NCBI GenBank assembly: GCA_043821365.1
Contig: JBDRCX010000006.1
Coordinates: 32,001-96,000, forward strand
Origin: Candidatus Micrarchaeota archaeon
Lineage (GTDB): Archaea; Micrarchaeota; Micrarchaeia; Anstonellales; Bilamarchaeaceae
Length of the DNA: 64,000 nt
Direction of reading: 5' to 3'
Part shown: piece by piece, positions 1 to 8,966 of the stretch
Numbering within the stretch: position 1 is the stretch's first letter
Layout of the letters: each line of letters opens with the position of its first letter
Program-made: the position numbers and the translations under genes
Notes under the pieces: generated by a model
What the model saw: the letters and a program-made list of their open reading frames with translations, nothing else
Databases searched by the model: none
Told to the model about the DNA's origin: nothing

Positions 1-53
1 TTGTGTTTGGTGCTATCGGAGCTTTAGTTGCACAACAAATGGCAAAAAAATAA
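1..53 (+). CDS. 3' end of a gene starting before the window (hydrophobic C-terminus VFGAIGALVAQQMAKK*)
   Basis: Open frame from position 3 to TAA at 51-53; partial. Confidence 0.4.
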   Translation, partial: VFGAIGALVAQQMAKK

Positions 54-244
54 ATCTTATTTTTTTCTTATTTTTTCTTTACTTGCATATGTTGAATCCT
101 TATCCTAGGTAATAGCATCTCTAAGCCCCAAAATTAAGATATAAAACCACAAAACAAAGTCTTCGATGATTTATATTAGCTTAAAATATCATTGAAATTT
201 TACCATTCTAGGCTGTTGAAAAGAAAAATAAAATAAAGAAAAAA

Positions 245-679
245 TTATTTGTTTGCCTGTTTTTCTGCGAAATCACCGATAATTGGTAATTTGTATTTCT
301 CACCAAGGTACGCCTTGTATGCAACAAATAATATTGCACATAATGCTACCAAACCAACTGGTAAGAATAAACAGCTCAACAATCCTCCAATGCCCATAGT
401 TACAATGCTTATTACAGTAACTAAAATTCCACCAACAGAGAAGATCGCAAACCATGCAATACAAAATATCAATGATTGCCAAGCATGAAATGCTAGGAAC
501 TTATTTTGTTTCTTCTCAGTGAATAGGATGAACAAAGGAACAATAATACCAATTATATAACAAAGTGCTCCGAAAATGTTATCATCACTACTTGAAGCTG
601 GTTTTGGGGCTTCTTTTGGTTTTTCCACTGGAGTATCAATTTTTTCATCTACTTTCTCATCTACTTTTTTGCCTCCCAT
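245..679 (-). CDS. DUF4870-like small membrane protein
   Basis: Charged N-tail, three hydrophobic helices, FHAWQS motif and C-terminal YKLPIIGDFAEK typical of DUF4870. Confidence 0.8.
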   Translation of the reverse strand: MGGKKVDEKVDEKIDTPVEKPKEAPKPASSSDDNIFGALCYIIGIIVPLFILFTEKKQNKFLAFHAWQSLIFCIAWFAIFSVGGILVTVISIVTMGIGGLLSCLFLPVGLVALCAILFVAYKAYLGEKYKLPIIGDFAEKQANK

Positions 680-770
680 TATATACCTCCGGTTCTCGAC
701 TAATGTCGAATTGTATGAAATACACTCACATACTATCTTTATAAATATTTTTCGTGACGTGAACCTTCTG

Positions 771-2222
771 ATGCATATCTTAAATTCGCTAACTAAGAGT
801 ACAGAAGAACTAATTTCCTCTGAAAAGACGATTTCAATGTATGTTTGCGGCCTGACCCCTTACGACAGTACACACATTGGCCATGCAAGAACATATGTAT
901 CATTTGACGTCATAAAACGCTATTTGACAAAAAAAGGATACGATGTATCGCACATACAGAATATCACAGATGTCGATGATAAAATAATAAAAAGATGCAA
1001 GGAAACCGGTGCTGACCCAAAAACATTAACAGAACAAAACCATAATGAAGCCCTGGAACTGTTTGCCCAGCTAAACATACTTCCTGCAGATATATACCCA
1101 AAAGTAACAGATCATATTCCGCAAATAATTGAACTTATAAAATTGATAATAGAAAATGGTTCAGCATATGAAACAAATACTGGTATTTACTTTGATGTTT
1201 CTTCATTCAAAAACTATGGTATTTTATCAGGACAGAACATGGATGAGATAAAATCAGGGTCAAGATTTGATGTTGATGAAACAAAGAACGATCCTGCAGA
1301 TTTTGCTCTTTGGAAGAAAACTAACAGTGAGATAATAGAATTTGACAGTCCATGGGGAAAAGGAAGACCAGGATGGCATATTGAATGTTCAGCAATGATA
1401 AGAAGCCATGTAAAAGGAACTTTAGACATACATGGTGGCGCAAGGGATTTAATTTTCCCACACCACGAAAATGAGATTGCCCAGAGCGAAGCTGGAACCA
1501 AACAAAAGTTCTGCAACTGTTGGATGCATACTGGTTTTCTAACTGTTAATGGAGAGAAAATGAGCAAATCACTAGGTAATTTCATAACCCTGAAACATGC
1601 TCTTTCAAAATCAAGTCCAAACGCACTAAGACTATTTTATTTGCAAGCACATTACCGCAGTCCTCTTGACTATGATGAAGAGAAATTAGAGGCAATGGAA
1701 GAGAGTGTAGAGCGGATATTCAACACCATTGGATTGCTAACTGAAACTCTTGCTCAGCCAAACACTGGATCTTACCTTGATGAGGAATTTAGAGAGAGAA
1801 CCAATAAGTTAGTAACTGCATTTTACAAAAATATGGAAAATGATTTCAACACACCAGAAGCACTGTCTTCGATGTATACAATTATCAGAATGGTAAACAG
1901 TCATTTGGCAGCTGGAAAATTAGATCATGAACAGCTAGAGATAATCAGAAAATCATTGGACGATATATTATGGATATTTGGACTTAAAGAAGAAAAACAA
2001 CCCTTTGAGAATACAGATGATGTAATTGCACTGGCTAGTGAATTTGGTTTAGAAACGAATACAGCAGAAGAAGCAATTGAATTTTTAATAAAATTAAGAA
2101 ATGATGCCAGAACAGCAAAAGATTACAAAAAATCAGATGAAATAAGAAACAAACTCAAAAAAATTGGAATACTTCTAGAGGATAAATCTGGCCAGACTGG
2201 AGCAAGATGGAAATTAGCCTAA
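771..2222 (+). CDS. cysS: Cysteine--tRNA ligase
   Basis: MYVCGLTPYD, HIGH, NITDVDDKI, PGWHIECSAM, KMSKS; start moved to ATG 771 because the longer ORF overlaps the opposite-strand gene. Confidence 0.97.
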   Translation: MHILNSLTKSTEELISSEKTISMYVCGLTPYDSTHIGHARTYVSFDVIKRYLTKKGYDVSHIQNITDVDDKIIKRCKETGADPKTLTEQNHNEALELFAQLNILPADIYPKVTDHIPQIIELIKLIIENGSAYETNTGIYFDVSSFKNYGILSGQNMDEIKSGSRFDVDETKNDPADFALWKKTNSEIIEFDSPWGKGRPGWHIECSAMIRSHVKGTLDIHGGARDLIFPHHENEIAQSEAGTKQKFCNCWMHTGFLTVNGEKMSKSLGNFITLKHALSKSSPNALRLFYLQAHYRSPLDYDEEKLEAMEESVERIFNTIGLLTETLAQPNTGSYLDEEFRERTNKLVTAFYKNMENDFNTPEALSSMYTIIRMVNSHLAAGKLDHEQLEIIRKSLDDILWIFGLKEEKQPFENTDDVIALASEFGLETNTAEEAIEFLIKLRNDARTAKDYKKSDEIRNKLKKIGILLEDKSGQTGARWKLA

Positions 2223-2923
2223 TTTTTAGTATATCCTTTCATCACATCTATTCCTTTGCCAAATAACGCACAAATATCGCTCCATATCCAAAGTGCAACT
2301 GTTCTAAAAAAACCATCCTCCTTGAATCTTCTATCTGAAAGAGTTGCTACTAGTTTGAAATCATAGACAACTTTTCGATTTGGAGGAGCGCGATGCATAA
2401 AATCAGTATCCTCCATTATCACTGATCTGTACCCCCCAACTTTGAAGAAAAGTTCCTTCCGCATAGCACAATTGTTTGCAGCTATCCAGTATTTTCCAGT
2501 AATGAGATGAATAATTCTAACAAGCCAGAAAACTTTCAGGGAATATAGATTATAGATAAACTTCCAAATTTTTGAATCTGATTCATACAAATCAAAACCA
2601 CAAACAGCAGGAACATCTTTATTAGAAAAATGTTTTTTCAAACGTTGTACAAAATCAGGTGAAAGAACACAATCACAATCAAAAAAAACAAAAACATCGT
2701 TCTTTGCTTCTTTTGCCCCTTCAGTTCTTGCTAACCCAACCCCTTGTTTTGGCCTGAGAACTACTTTTGCCCCATATTTTTTTGCTACTGACGCAGTATT
2801 ATCCTTGCTATGAGAATCAACAATAATGATCTCATCCTTTTTATCTATCTGTTTAACAAGATTTTTCAGCAACCTCTCGACATTTTTTTCTTCATTTAAT
2901 GTAGGTATGATAAAACTCAACAT
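2219..2923 (-). CDS. Glycosyltransferase family 2
   Basis: SFIIPTLNEE, VDSHSKDNT, FFDCD (DxD), GGYRSVIMED. Confidence 0.92.
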   Translation of the reverse strand: MLSFIIPTLNEEKNVERLLKNLVKQIDKKDEIIIVDSHSKDNTASVAKKYGAKVVLRPKQGVGLARTEGAKEAKNDVFVFFDCDCVLSPDFVQRLKKHFSNKDVPAVCGFDLYESDSKIWKFIYNLYSLKVFWLVRIIHLITGKYWIAANNCAMRKELFFKVGGYRSVIMEDTDFMHRAPPNRKVVYDFKLVATLSDRRFKEDGFFRTVALWIWSDICALFGKGIDVMKGYTKN

Positions 2924-3000
2924 AAAAGTCCTCTTTTCGAAAATTACACAGAAAACTATAATAAGTATTAAGCTATTTGAAACCGCACCATATTTTCAAT

Positions 3001-3309
3001 CTAATTTCTAAATTGTCCAAGTTGATCAGACAAAACCTGACACTGCCCTTTGAGTTTGTTTAGTTCTTCGATACTGAATGTAGAACGTTGTGCTTCACGA
3101 ATAGTAACTATTTTAGATTCCCAGACTTTAAGACTGAAATTCCTTTTTGTTTGATTGATTCTTCGTGCTTGTTGCAAGAGAATTGAGCAATCAAAATCAA
3201 TTTTTTTGCGCAAATTATCTATTATTATCTCTATTGGTACGGCATCTTGAACATCAGGAACCGAATACCGGTCCGATTTCACAGCCATGTATAAATCTTT
3301 ACAAAGCAT
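3001..3309 (-). CDS. Hypothetical protein
   Basis: 102-aa ORF filling the intergenic space; no recognised motif. Confidence 0.5.
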   Translation of the reverse strand: MLCKDLYMAVKSDRYSVPDVQDAVPIEIIIDNLRKKIDFDCSILLQQARRINQTKRNFSLKVWESKIVTIREAQRSTFSIEELNKLKGQCQVLSDQLGQFRN

Positions 3310-3443
3310 GCTTATATAGTTTATGTTAGTCAGTAAAATTCAGAACTTTTTAAAAAAAATGTTATAGTAAGTTTATTTTGTGTTTGAAAATTACCGAGGG
3401 GAAAACAATCATTTATAAGGACTTATTACGTAATGAAAAAGGG

Positions 3444-3626
3444 ATGACCATGACCGATGAAAAAATCTCTTTTCCAACAGTTTCTGTTAACGTTGATGTA
3501 CCACAAAATGCTCTTTCTGAAGCTCAAAAAATAAAAAAAGGGATATGTCCGTCGTGTGAAGGAAGTTTGGTTTTCCAAGAAGGATGTAAGGTTTGCTATT
3601 CTTGTGGCTGGGGAGGCTGCGAATGA
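3444..3626 (+). CDS. Small Zn-ribbon protein resembling the C-terminal Zn domain of class II ribonucleotide reductases
   Basis: CPSCEGSLVFQEGCKVCYSCGWGGC; ATG at 3444 or 3450. Confidence 0.7.
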   Translation: MTMTDEKISFPTVSVNVDVPQNALSEAQKIKKGICPSCEGSLVFQEGCKVCYSCGWGGCE

Positions 3627-3646
3627 AAAGAACTCTGGTTCTTTTC
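3625..3646. terminator. Perfect 9-bp hairpin at the stop codon (possible terminator)
   Basis: GAAAAGAAC-TCTG-GTTCTTTTC. Confidence 0.4.
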
Positions 3647-3713
3647 GAATTGCCTAATTTTTAAAAGTAATGCCATCCTAATTTATCCTGCTTGATTGTG
3701 GTTATTAGTAAAT

Positions 3714-3840
3714 GGGCTCGTAGCTCAGTCCGCCTTTTAGAAAAAGGCGGCCCAAAACTGGGTCGCTATATAGGTGGGAGAAACAGCAGAGCACTCGCCT
3801 TGCACGCGAGGGGCCGAGGGTGCGAGTCCCTCCGAGTCCA
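3714..3840 (+). tRNA. tRNA-Ala(TGC) with a ~54-nt D-loop insertion
   Basis: Acceptor GGGCTCG/CGAGTCC-A with G3:U70; D-stem GCTC/GAGC; anticodon arm CTCGC-CTTGCAC-GCGAG (anticodon 3801-3803); T-arm GAGGG-TGCGAGT-CCCTC; 59 nt (3729-3787) between G15 and A21. Confidence 0.9.
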
Positions 3841-3884
3841 TTTTATAGTTATCCATCTAATTTTAGATTGCGGTTAAGAGATAC

Positions 3885-4409
3885 ATGGACAAAAAAATAG
3901 AGGGAATTATTCAGATAATAATTGCAATTGGAGTAGTTGCACTTATTCTTTATTTTGCCAGTGACATTGAAAAATTACGAGAGTATGGGTATTTGGGGGT
4001 ATTTTTAATATCACTAATAGCATCAGCAACACTCTTCTTCCCAGCACCAGGTTGGGCTGCTGTTATAGCCATGAGTGGTTTTCTGAACCCAGTCTATCTT
4101 GGGTTGGCTGCAGGGATTGGAAGTGCATTAGGTGAATTAACTGGGTATGTAGCTGGAAAAGGAGCAAGAGATCTTTTAAGTAAAAACATCAAGGAGAGTA
4201 AAAAAATAGAGAGACTAGTTGAAAAATATGATATGCTTGCAATTTTCTTTTTTGCATTTATACCAAACCCACTATTTGATATTGCGGGTATAATATCAGG
4301 TGGACTCAAAATTCCCTGGTGGAAGTATCTAATTGCATGTAGTTTGGGGAGAATACTGAGATATTCACTATTGGCGTATTTTGGCAAATTAACTCTTGAT
4401 TTAGTCTAA
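3885..4409 (+). CDS. VTT/DedA (SNARE-associated) family membrane protein
   Basis: PAPG, GSALGELTGY and FIPNPLFDIAGIISG motifs; hydrophobic. Confidence 0.88.
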   Translation: MDKKIEGIIQIIIAIGVVALILYFASDIEKLREYGYLGVFLISLIASATLFFPAPGWAAVIAMSGFLNPVYLGLAAGIGSALGELTGYVAGKGARDLLSKNIKESKKIERLVEKYDMLAIFFFAFIPNPLFDIAGIISGGLKIPWWKYLIACSLGRILRYSLLAYFGKLTLDLV

Positions 4410-4480
4410 TTACAGATTAGTTCTTTTTCGCATTCATCGTTTAGAATCAAGATTATTTCCAAATCAAGTTCATCTGCCAT
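4406..4480 (-). CDS. Candidate 24-aa acidic small ORF (MADELDLEIILILNDECEKELICN)
   Basis: GGTG SD-like site 6 nt upstream of ATG and a TTTAAATA TATA-like box further upstream; below the ORF-track cutoff. Confidence 0.35.
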   Translation of the reverse strand: MADELDLEIILILNDECEKELICN

Positions 4481-4569
4481 AATCAACACCTGTGTTATAA
4501 TATATGGTAAAAAGAGTATTTAAAGGTATGTTTCAAAATGATTATAATATTCAGAAATATGATTAGGTT

Positions 4570-5121
4570 ATGGAAATGGGAAAAACTATTTATATAACTA
4601 AAAGAGAGGACTGGCGTTCTTGGCTGAAGAAAAATTATAACAGGGAAAAAGAGATATGGTTGATATATTACAAAAAAACATCAGGCAAACCAAGAATAGA
4701 TTATAATGACGCCGTGGAAGAGGCATTGTGTTACGGATGGATTGATAGTATAGTTAAGAGAGTAGATGACGAAAGATTTGCACAGAGATTTACACCCAGG
4801 AGAACTGGAAGTCCCATATCTGAAATGAATAAGGAACGGGTCAGGAGATTGATAAAAAAGAGACTTATGACTAAGATAGGACTTGGGGCAATTTCATTTG
4901 ACAGAAGGGAGAAATTCACAATTTCCCCGGATATTTTGAAGGCGTTGCAATCAAATGAACTGATATGGAAAAATTTTCAGAGGTTTTCCTTGGGATACAA
5001 AAGAGTTCGCATAGGTTATATCGAACACGCTAGAGACCATAGTAAGAAAATGTTTAATAGTAGATTAAATAATTTTATCAAAAAAACAGCCAAAAATAAA
5101 AAATTCGGACATATTAAATAA
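4570..5121 (+). CDS. YdeI/OmpD-associated family protein
   Basis: REDWRSWL...EIWLIYYKK...AVEEALCYGWIDS...RFTPRR; C-terminal GYKRVRIGYI. Confidence 0.88.
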   Translation: MEMGKTIYITKREDWRSWLKKNYNREKEIWLIYYKKTSGKPRIDYNDAVEEALCYGWIDSIVKRVDDERFAQRFTPRRTGSPISEMNKERVRRLIKKRLMTKIGLGAISFDRREKFTISPDILKALQSNELIWKNFQRFSLGYKRVRIGYIEHARDHSKKMFNSRLNNFIKKTAKNKKFGHIK

Positions 5122-5126
5122 AAAAA

Positions 5127-5241
5127 TAGCGGGGGGTAGATTTGAACTACCGGTCCCTGGGTTATGAGCTTCACCCCTAATATTCTTTAAATAAAATGGA
5201 ATATCAGGTCCAGTGGGAACTCCAAGCTTCCCTACCCCGCT
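5127..5241 (-). tRNA. Initiator tRNA-Met(CAT) with a 40-nt intron at non-canonical position 30/31
   Basis: AGCGGGG acceptor (A1:U72), three G:C pairs in the anticodon stem after splicing, CTCATAA loop, TTCAAAT T-loop; intron 5170-5209 folds a 10-bp helix plus a 4-bp CACT/GGTG helix between 3-nt bulges. Confidence 0.92.
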
Positions 5242-5298
5242 TTTTGGAGTTGACTTAACCCAGTAGAAATAGATGATAGGCTAGTATTTATAACTATA

Positions 5299-5944
5299 TC
5301 ATAAATTATCAGAAGATGGATTTAGAAAAGAATCTGCAATTTTTTGATTTCTAGGATTAGAGAACTTTATAATTTTGGTCCATTTTTTTAATTTAGGAAT
5401 GCCTGCAAGACAAACTCTTACTTTGCTCTTTCCCAGTCTGTTTATTTGAGGACCCAACCCATGTTTTGAAAGTATGGAAATCAATTGATTTTGCATAGGG
5501 GAAGGGCTAATTTTCATCTCTAACCTAGGATACCGCGTACCATTATTATTAACACAGGAAATGCATCCGTCTGTGTCAAAATACCCCCTTACAATTAAGA
5601 TACTAAGGTCATGAGTCATAAAACGAAGAGGTATAATTGCTCGATTCCATTTTGGTGCTAGAACCAGACCGAGATTGAGTAAATAATCTAGATATTGTTT
5701 ACCAAATAGAAAGATATCCAGAGCCCCTACATTTTTTTCTAAATCTTATTTTAGGATCTTTACCAAAAATAATTTTGATGAGGCTAGCCACATATTTAGA
5801 ATATTCTTTATCCTTAACAGAATTGAGTGTAATTTTAATCCGATATTGTGTCTTTATTCTACCATTAACAGTAGATTTGTAAATTCCGATATTTCCATCT
5901 CCGAGCAATATACCAACAAACTCGGCAAGTTCTTCATCCCCCAT
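5299..5944 (-). pseudogene. Double-motif LAGLIDADG endonuclease-like gene with a single-base frameshift
   Basis: LAEFVGILLGDG and IVRGYFDTDG motifs lie in different frames; removing one base of the A7 run (T7 at 5732-5738) joins them through KNVGALDIFLFGKQYLDYLLNLGL. Confidence 0.82.
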
Positions 5945-5985
5945 AAAAAGAAAAACAAAAATTAATTAATAAATAAAACTAGGCC

Positions 5986-6411
5986 TTATTTCCGCGGCTT
6001 GGCCTTTTCCTTTTCCATCTTCTTTACAAGCCTATGGACAACTGCCCTCTTTAATTGGTCTTCTGCCTTTGCATGTTCATCGATCTTGCCTTTATGATAG
6101 TAGAAACCTGCCAAAAACATCAGAAGAGAGATCATTACAAAGAAAATTGGAAGACCATAATAGAGAAATGGTAAAATAATCACATTAAGATCTGCATTAA
6201 GATGAGTAAGGTCTGGAGGTAACAGAATGCCACATTCTTGTAGATTCGAAATCCCGTTTTTATTTAAAAAGTCAATTATTGCATTTAGCATGGAATTTAC
6301 ATAATCAGACGATAGATAGACAAAAACAAATATCAATAAAATAGTCAATAAAACAAACATATAGCTCATTGATTTGTATTTGCTCATCCCAACACCAACA
6401 ATACTATTCAT
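5986..6411 (-). CDS. Hypothetical two-TM membrane protein
   Basis: Two hydrophobic segments and a basic C-tail; overlaps the stop of alaX. Confidence 0.7.
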   Translation of the reverse strand: MNSIVGVGMSKYKSMSYMFVLLTILLIFVFVYLSSDYVNSMLNAIIDFLNKNGISNLQECGILLPPDLTHLNADLNVIILPFLYYGLPIFFVMISLLMFLAGFYYHKGKIDEHAKAEDQLKRAVVHRLVKKMEKEKAKPRK

Positions 6412-7102
6412 TTAAAGTAAAATAAATCCTTCGGTTTGATTTTCCCTTGTTTTCCATCTTTAAAATTGAGATTTTTCCAACTTCTTTTAGATTTTTCACG
6501 TGAGTTCCGCCATCAGCTTGAATATCAATTCCTGGAATTTCAACAATACGTAAGACTGATATGGATGGTGGAAGAGCTGCTGCTAGTTTAACAACACCTT
6601 CAATTTTCATGGCACCTTCACGAGGAAGAGAATAGATTTTGAGTTCAATGTCCTTCAGAAGTTCCTGGTTGGCTTTTTCAACTACTTTTTCAAATGCAGT
6701 TCGATCAAATTCATCCATCGTAAAATCAAATCTGGTTTTATCCTCTTCAAGTTGATTTCCACTAATGAGAACTCCGAGTTCTTTATACATTAGAGCACCC
6801 AGAACATGAGCTGCGGTATGCATCCTCATTAATTTATATCGCCTTGACCAATCAAGAACGCAATTTACTTTAGTTCCTTCTGTTAGGCTGTGTGTGTCGG
6901 TTTCAAGTTCATGAATAGTTTTGCTCTCTTTTTTCATTACAGTAGTGACTTTGAAATCATTTATTTTACCAGTATCTGATGGTTGGCCCCCTCCACGAGG
7001 ATAAAAAATAGTTTGATCCAGTACGATTTCTTTGCCATTAACCGATTCAACAGTAGCCTGGCACTCCTTTAGGTAGCTATCTTCAAGATAAAGGGTTTTC
7101 AT
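6404..7102 (-). CDS. alaX: Alanyl-tRNA editing protein AlaX (AlaX-M type)
   Basis: LYLEDSY, TIFYPRGGGQPSDTG, MRMHTAAH (HxxxH), QADGGTHV; start at ATG 7102. Confidence 0.93.
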   Translation of the reverse strand: MKTLYLEDSYLKECQATVESVNGKEIVLDQTIFYPRGGGQPSDTGKINDFKVTTVMKKESKTIHELETDTHSLTEGTKVNCVLDWSRRYKLMRMHTAAHVLGALMYKELGVLISGNQLEEDKTRFDFTMDEFDRTAFEKVVEKANQELLKDIELKIYSLPREGAMKIEGVVKLAAALPPSISVLRIVEIPGIDIQADGGTHVKNLKEVGKISILKMENKGKSNRRIYFTLNE

Positions 7103-7145
7103 AATGTTTTTAAATAAGAGAAAGGAATTATAGATAGGGATGTTT

Positions 7146-7418
7146 ATGGCAGACGAAGAAGGACCAATTAGGATGAAAAGGCCAGAAGAGAGACAGCCAA
7201 GTGATAGACTAGCAGCTATACCAAGAGTTGTGGTGCCAGTTGGAGATGCAGTTAGAGCATCTGTTGAAGCTTCAAAAGGTGAAGACTCAAAAAGACGGGC
7301 AGGTGAAATGGTGGTCGTATCAACATTCCAAGGGTTTAGAGATGCTATAGAAAAAAACGGGGACTTCAATACAAAAAGACTGTTCCAAAATTCTGAACTT
7401 AATCGTCTTCTGAGTTGA
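7146..7418 (+). CDS. Hypothetical protein
   Basis: Divergent from alaX; no recognised motif. Confidence 0.55.
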   Translation: MADEEGPIRMKRPEERQPSDRLAAIPRVVVPVGDAVRASVEASKGEDSKRRAGEMVVVSTFQGFRDAIEKNGDFNTKRLFQNSELNRLLS

Positions 7419-7422
7419 TCAT

Positions 7423-7647
7423 ATGATAGAAGATTTATTCAAAAACTCTAAGGTTAAGTATGCATACGATAAAAAACAAAAAATTTATAGCGTGCTTGTT
7501 ATGTTGGATGGACGTCCAAGAATATTGACAGTACGTGCCGGTGAGAACTTCACTGAGTTATCACTTTCTGACAAAGATGGTAATTTGTTAGAAATACTTA
7601 GACAGGAAGAGGGTAAAGGAGTAACCATGCACAAGATGATGAAATGA
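7423..7647 (+). CDS. Hypothetical protein
   Basis: 74-aa ORF coupled (ATGA overlap) to rpiA. Confidence 0.6.
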   Translation: MIEDLFKNSKVKYAYDKKQKIYSVLVMLDGRPRILTVRAGENFTELSLSDKDGNLLEILRQEEGKGVTMHKMMK

Positions 7648-8297
7648 GTAAATCCAAAATAAATGCTGCAAACGCAGCACTTGAGTATGTAAAGAGCGGA
7701 ATGTGCATAGGTTTGGGGAGTGGAAGCACTACAAAAGAATTCATCAAATTACTTGGGGAAAGAGTAAGAAAAGGACTAAAGATAACATGCGTAACTACTT
7801 CTTTTGACTCAAGAATGCTTGCTATTGAAAATGGTATATTCGTCACAGAAACAGATGCAATAGACGAGATAGATCTTACTGTTGATGGTGCGGATACAGT
7901 TATCAAAACTGCACTTCTCAAAGGAGGAGGCGGAGCACTTACACGAGAAAAGATAATAGGTTACAATGCAAAAAAATTCATAATAATCGTAGATGAGAGC
8001 AAAGTTCAGACTGGTACACTGGAAGGTGAAGTAAATCTTGAAGTTTTGCCATTTGCTGCTCCTTTGGTTATGCGACAATTGAAAAAGTATAATCCAAGAA
8101 TACGGATGGCCAAATCAAAACTTGGGCCAGTTATTAGTGATAATGGTAGTTTTATTATTGATTGTGATATGAAAATCGAAGATCCCAAAAAAATGGAAAG
8201 CTGGCTGAAAAGCATTCCAGGAATCATTGAAAACGGAATATTCACAAAATTCGATATGATAATAGTTGGAAATGAAAAGGGGCATAGAATCCTCTAA
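7644..8297 (+). CDS. rpiA: Ribose-5-phosphate isomerase A
   Basis: IGLGSGST, DGAD, KGGGGALTREKI, SDNG, IPGIIENGIF. Confidence 0.97.
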   Translation: MSKSKINAANAALEYVKSGMCIGLGSGSTTKEFIKLLGERVRKGLKITCVTTSFDSRMLAIENGIFVTETDAIDEIDLTVDGADTVIKTALLKGGGGALTREKIIGYNAKKFIIIVDESKVQTGTLEGEVNLEVLPFAAPLVMRQLKKYNPRIRMAKSKLGPVISDNGSFIIDCDMKIEDPKKMESWLKSIPGIIENGIFTKFDMIIVGNEKGHRIL

Positions 8298-8305
8298 GGG
8301 AGCAT

Positions 8306-8824
8306 ATGGAGATTCCAGAAAAAATAAAAAATGAATTAAAAAAACCGCTTGGGCAACTAATTACTTTAGAAGAGATAAAAAAAACAGAAGCAAAAAGAAT
8401 AATATCTGTTGGGGATGTTTGTACACTCAATTTGATATTTGTTGGGATTACCCCACATCTTGCTGTTTTCGATCATTTATACATGAGACGAAAACTTGAA
8501 GCAGATGCAATTGCCAAATTAAAATCAAAATTCGCCAATCCTAAAAAATACAAAAACCAGCCAGGAACCATTTCAGAAGAACTAATTAATGATGCGGAAA
8601 AAATATTGGAAGAGGGCGGCGCAGTGTTAATAGAAGGGGAAGAAGACCTCACAGCATTGGCTTTCATACTTGTAGCAAATGAAAATGACATAATAGTTTA
8701 TGGTCAACCAAATGAAGGAATGGTAATGGTAATTCCTGATAAAGAGATAAAGAATAAAATAAAAAATTGGTTAGCCACCGCGGCCCTTGGCCATGAAGTA
8801 AAGGGCGATGAAAGCAAAGACTGA
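8306..8824 (+). CDS. GTP-dependent dephospho-CoA kinase (DUF359)
   Basis: LKKPLG, SVGDVCT, AVFD, NQPGTIS, IEGEEDL, YGQPNEG. Confidence 0.9.
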   Translation: MEIPEKIKNELKKPLGQLITLEEIKKTEAKRIISVGDVCTLNLIFVGITPHLAVFDHLYMRRKLEADAIAKLKSKFANPKKYKNQPGTISEELINDAEKILEEGGAVLIEGEEDLTALAFILVANENDIIVYGQPNEGMVMVIPDKEIKNKIKNWLATAALGHEVKGDESKD

Positions 8825-8956
8825 GACAACAATTGCTATAATTATCTGAGTCTGTTGGTCTAATTTAATTAATTGAGAAGAGAAGTAGGTCATCCCAACT
8901 CCAATAACTATTGACCCAACCAGAAGTAAAAAATTGCCAAATGCGCTGCTTCCCAT
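8771..8956 (-). CDS. Small two-TM protein
   Basis: Two hydrophobic helices; GGAG upstream. Confidence 0.6.
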   Translation of the reverse strand: MGSSAFGNFLLLVGSIVIGVGMTYFSSQLIKLDQQTQIIIAIVVSVFAFIALYFMAKGRGG

Positions 8957-8966
8957 AATGACTCCT

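Noticed and set aside
576-770. N-terminal extensions in the ORF track (cysS; likewise alaX, endonuclease Q, HAD, ino1 and others)
   Set aside because: They overlap opposite-strand genes or promoters; family homology starts at a downstream ATG
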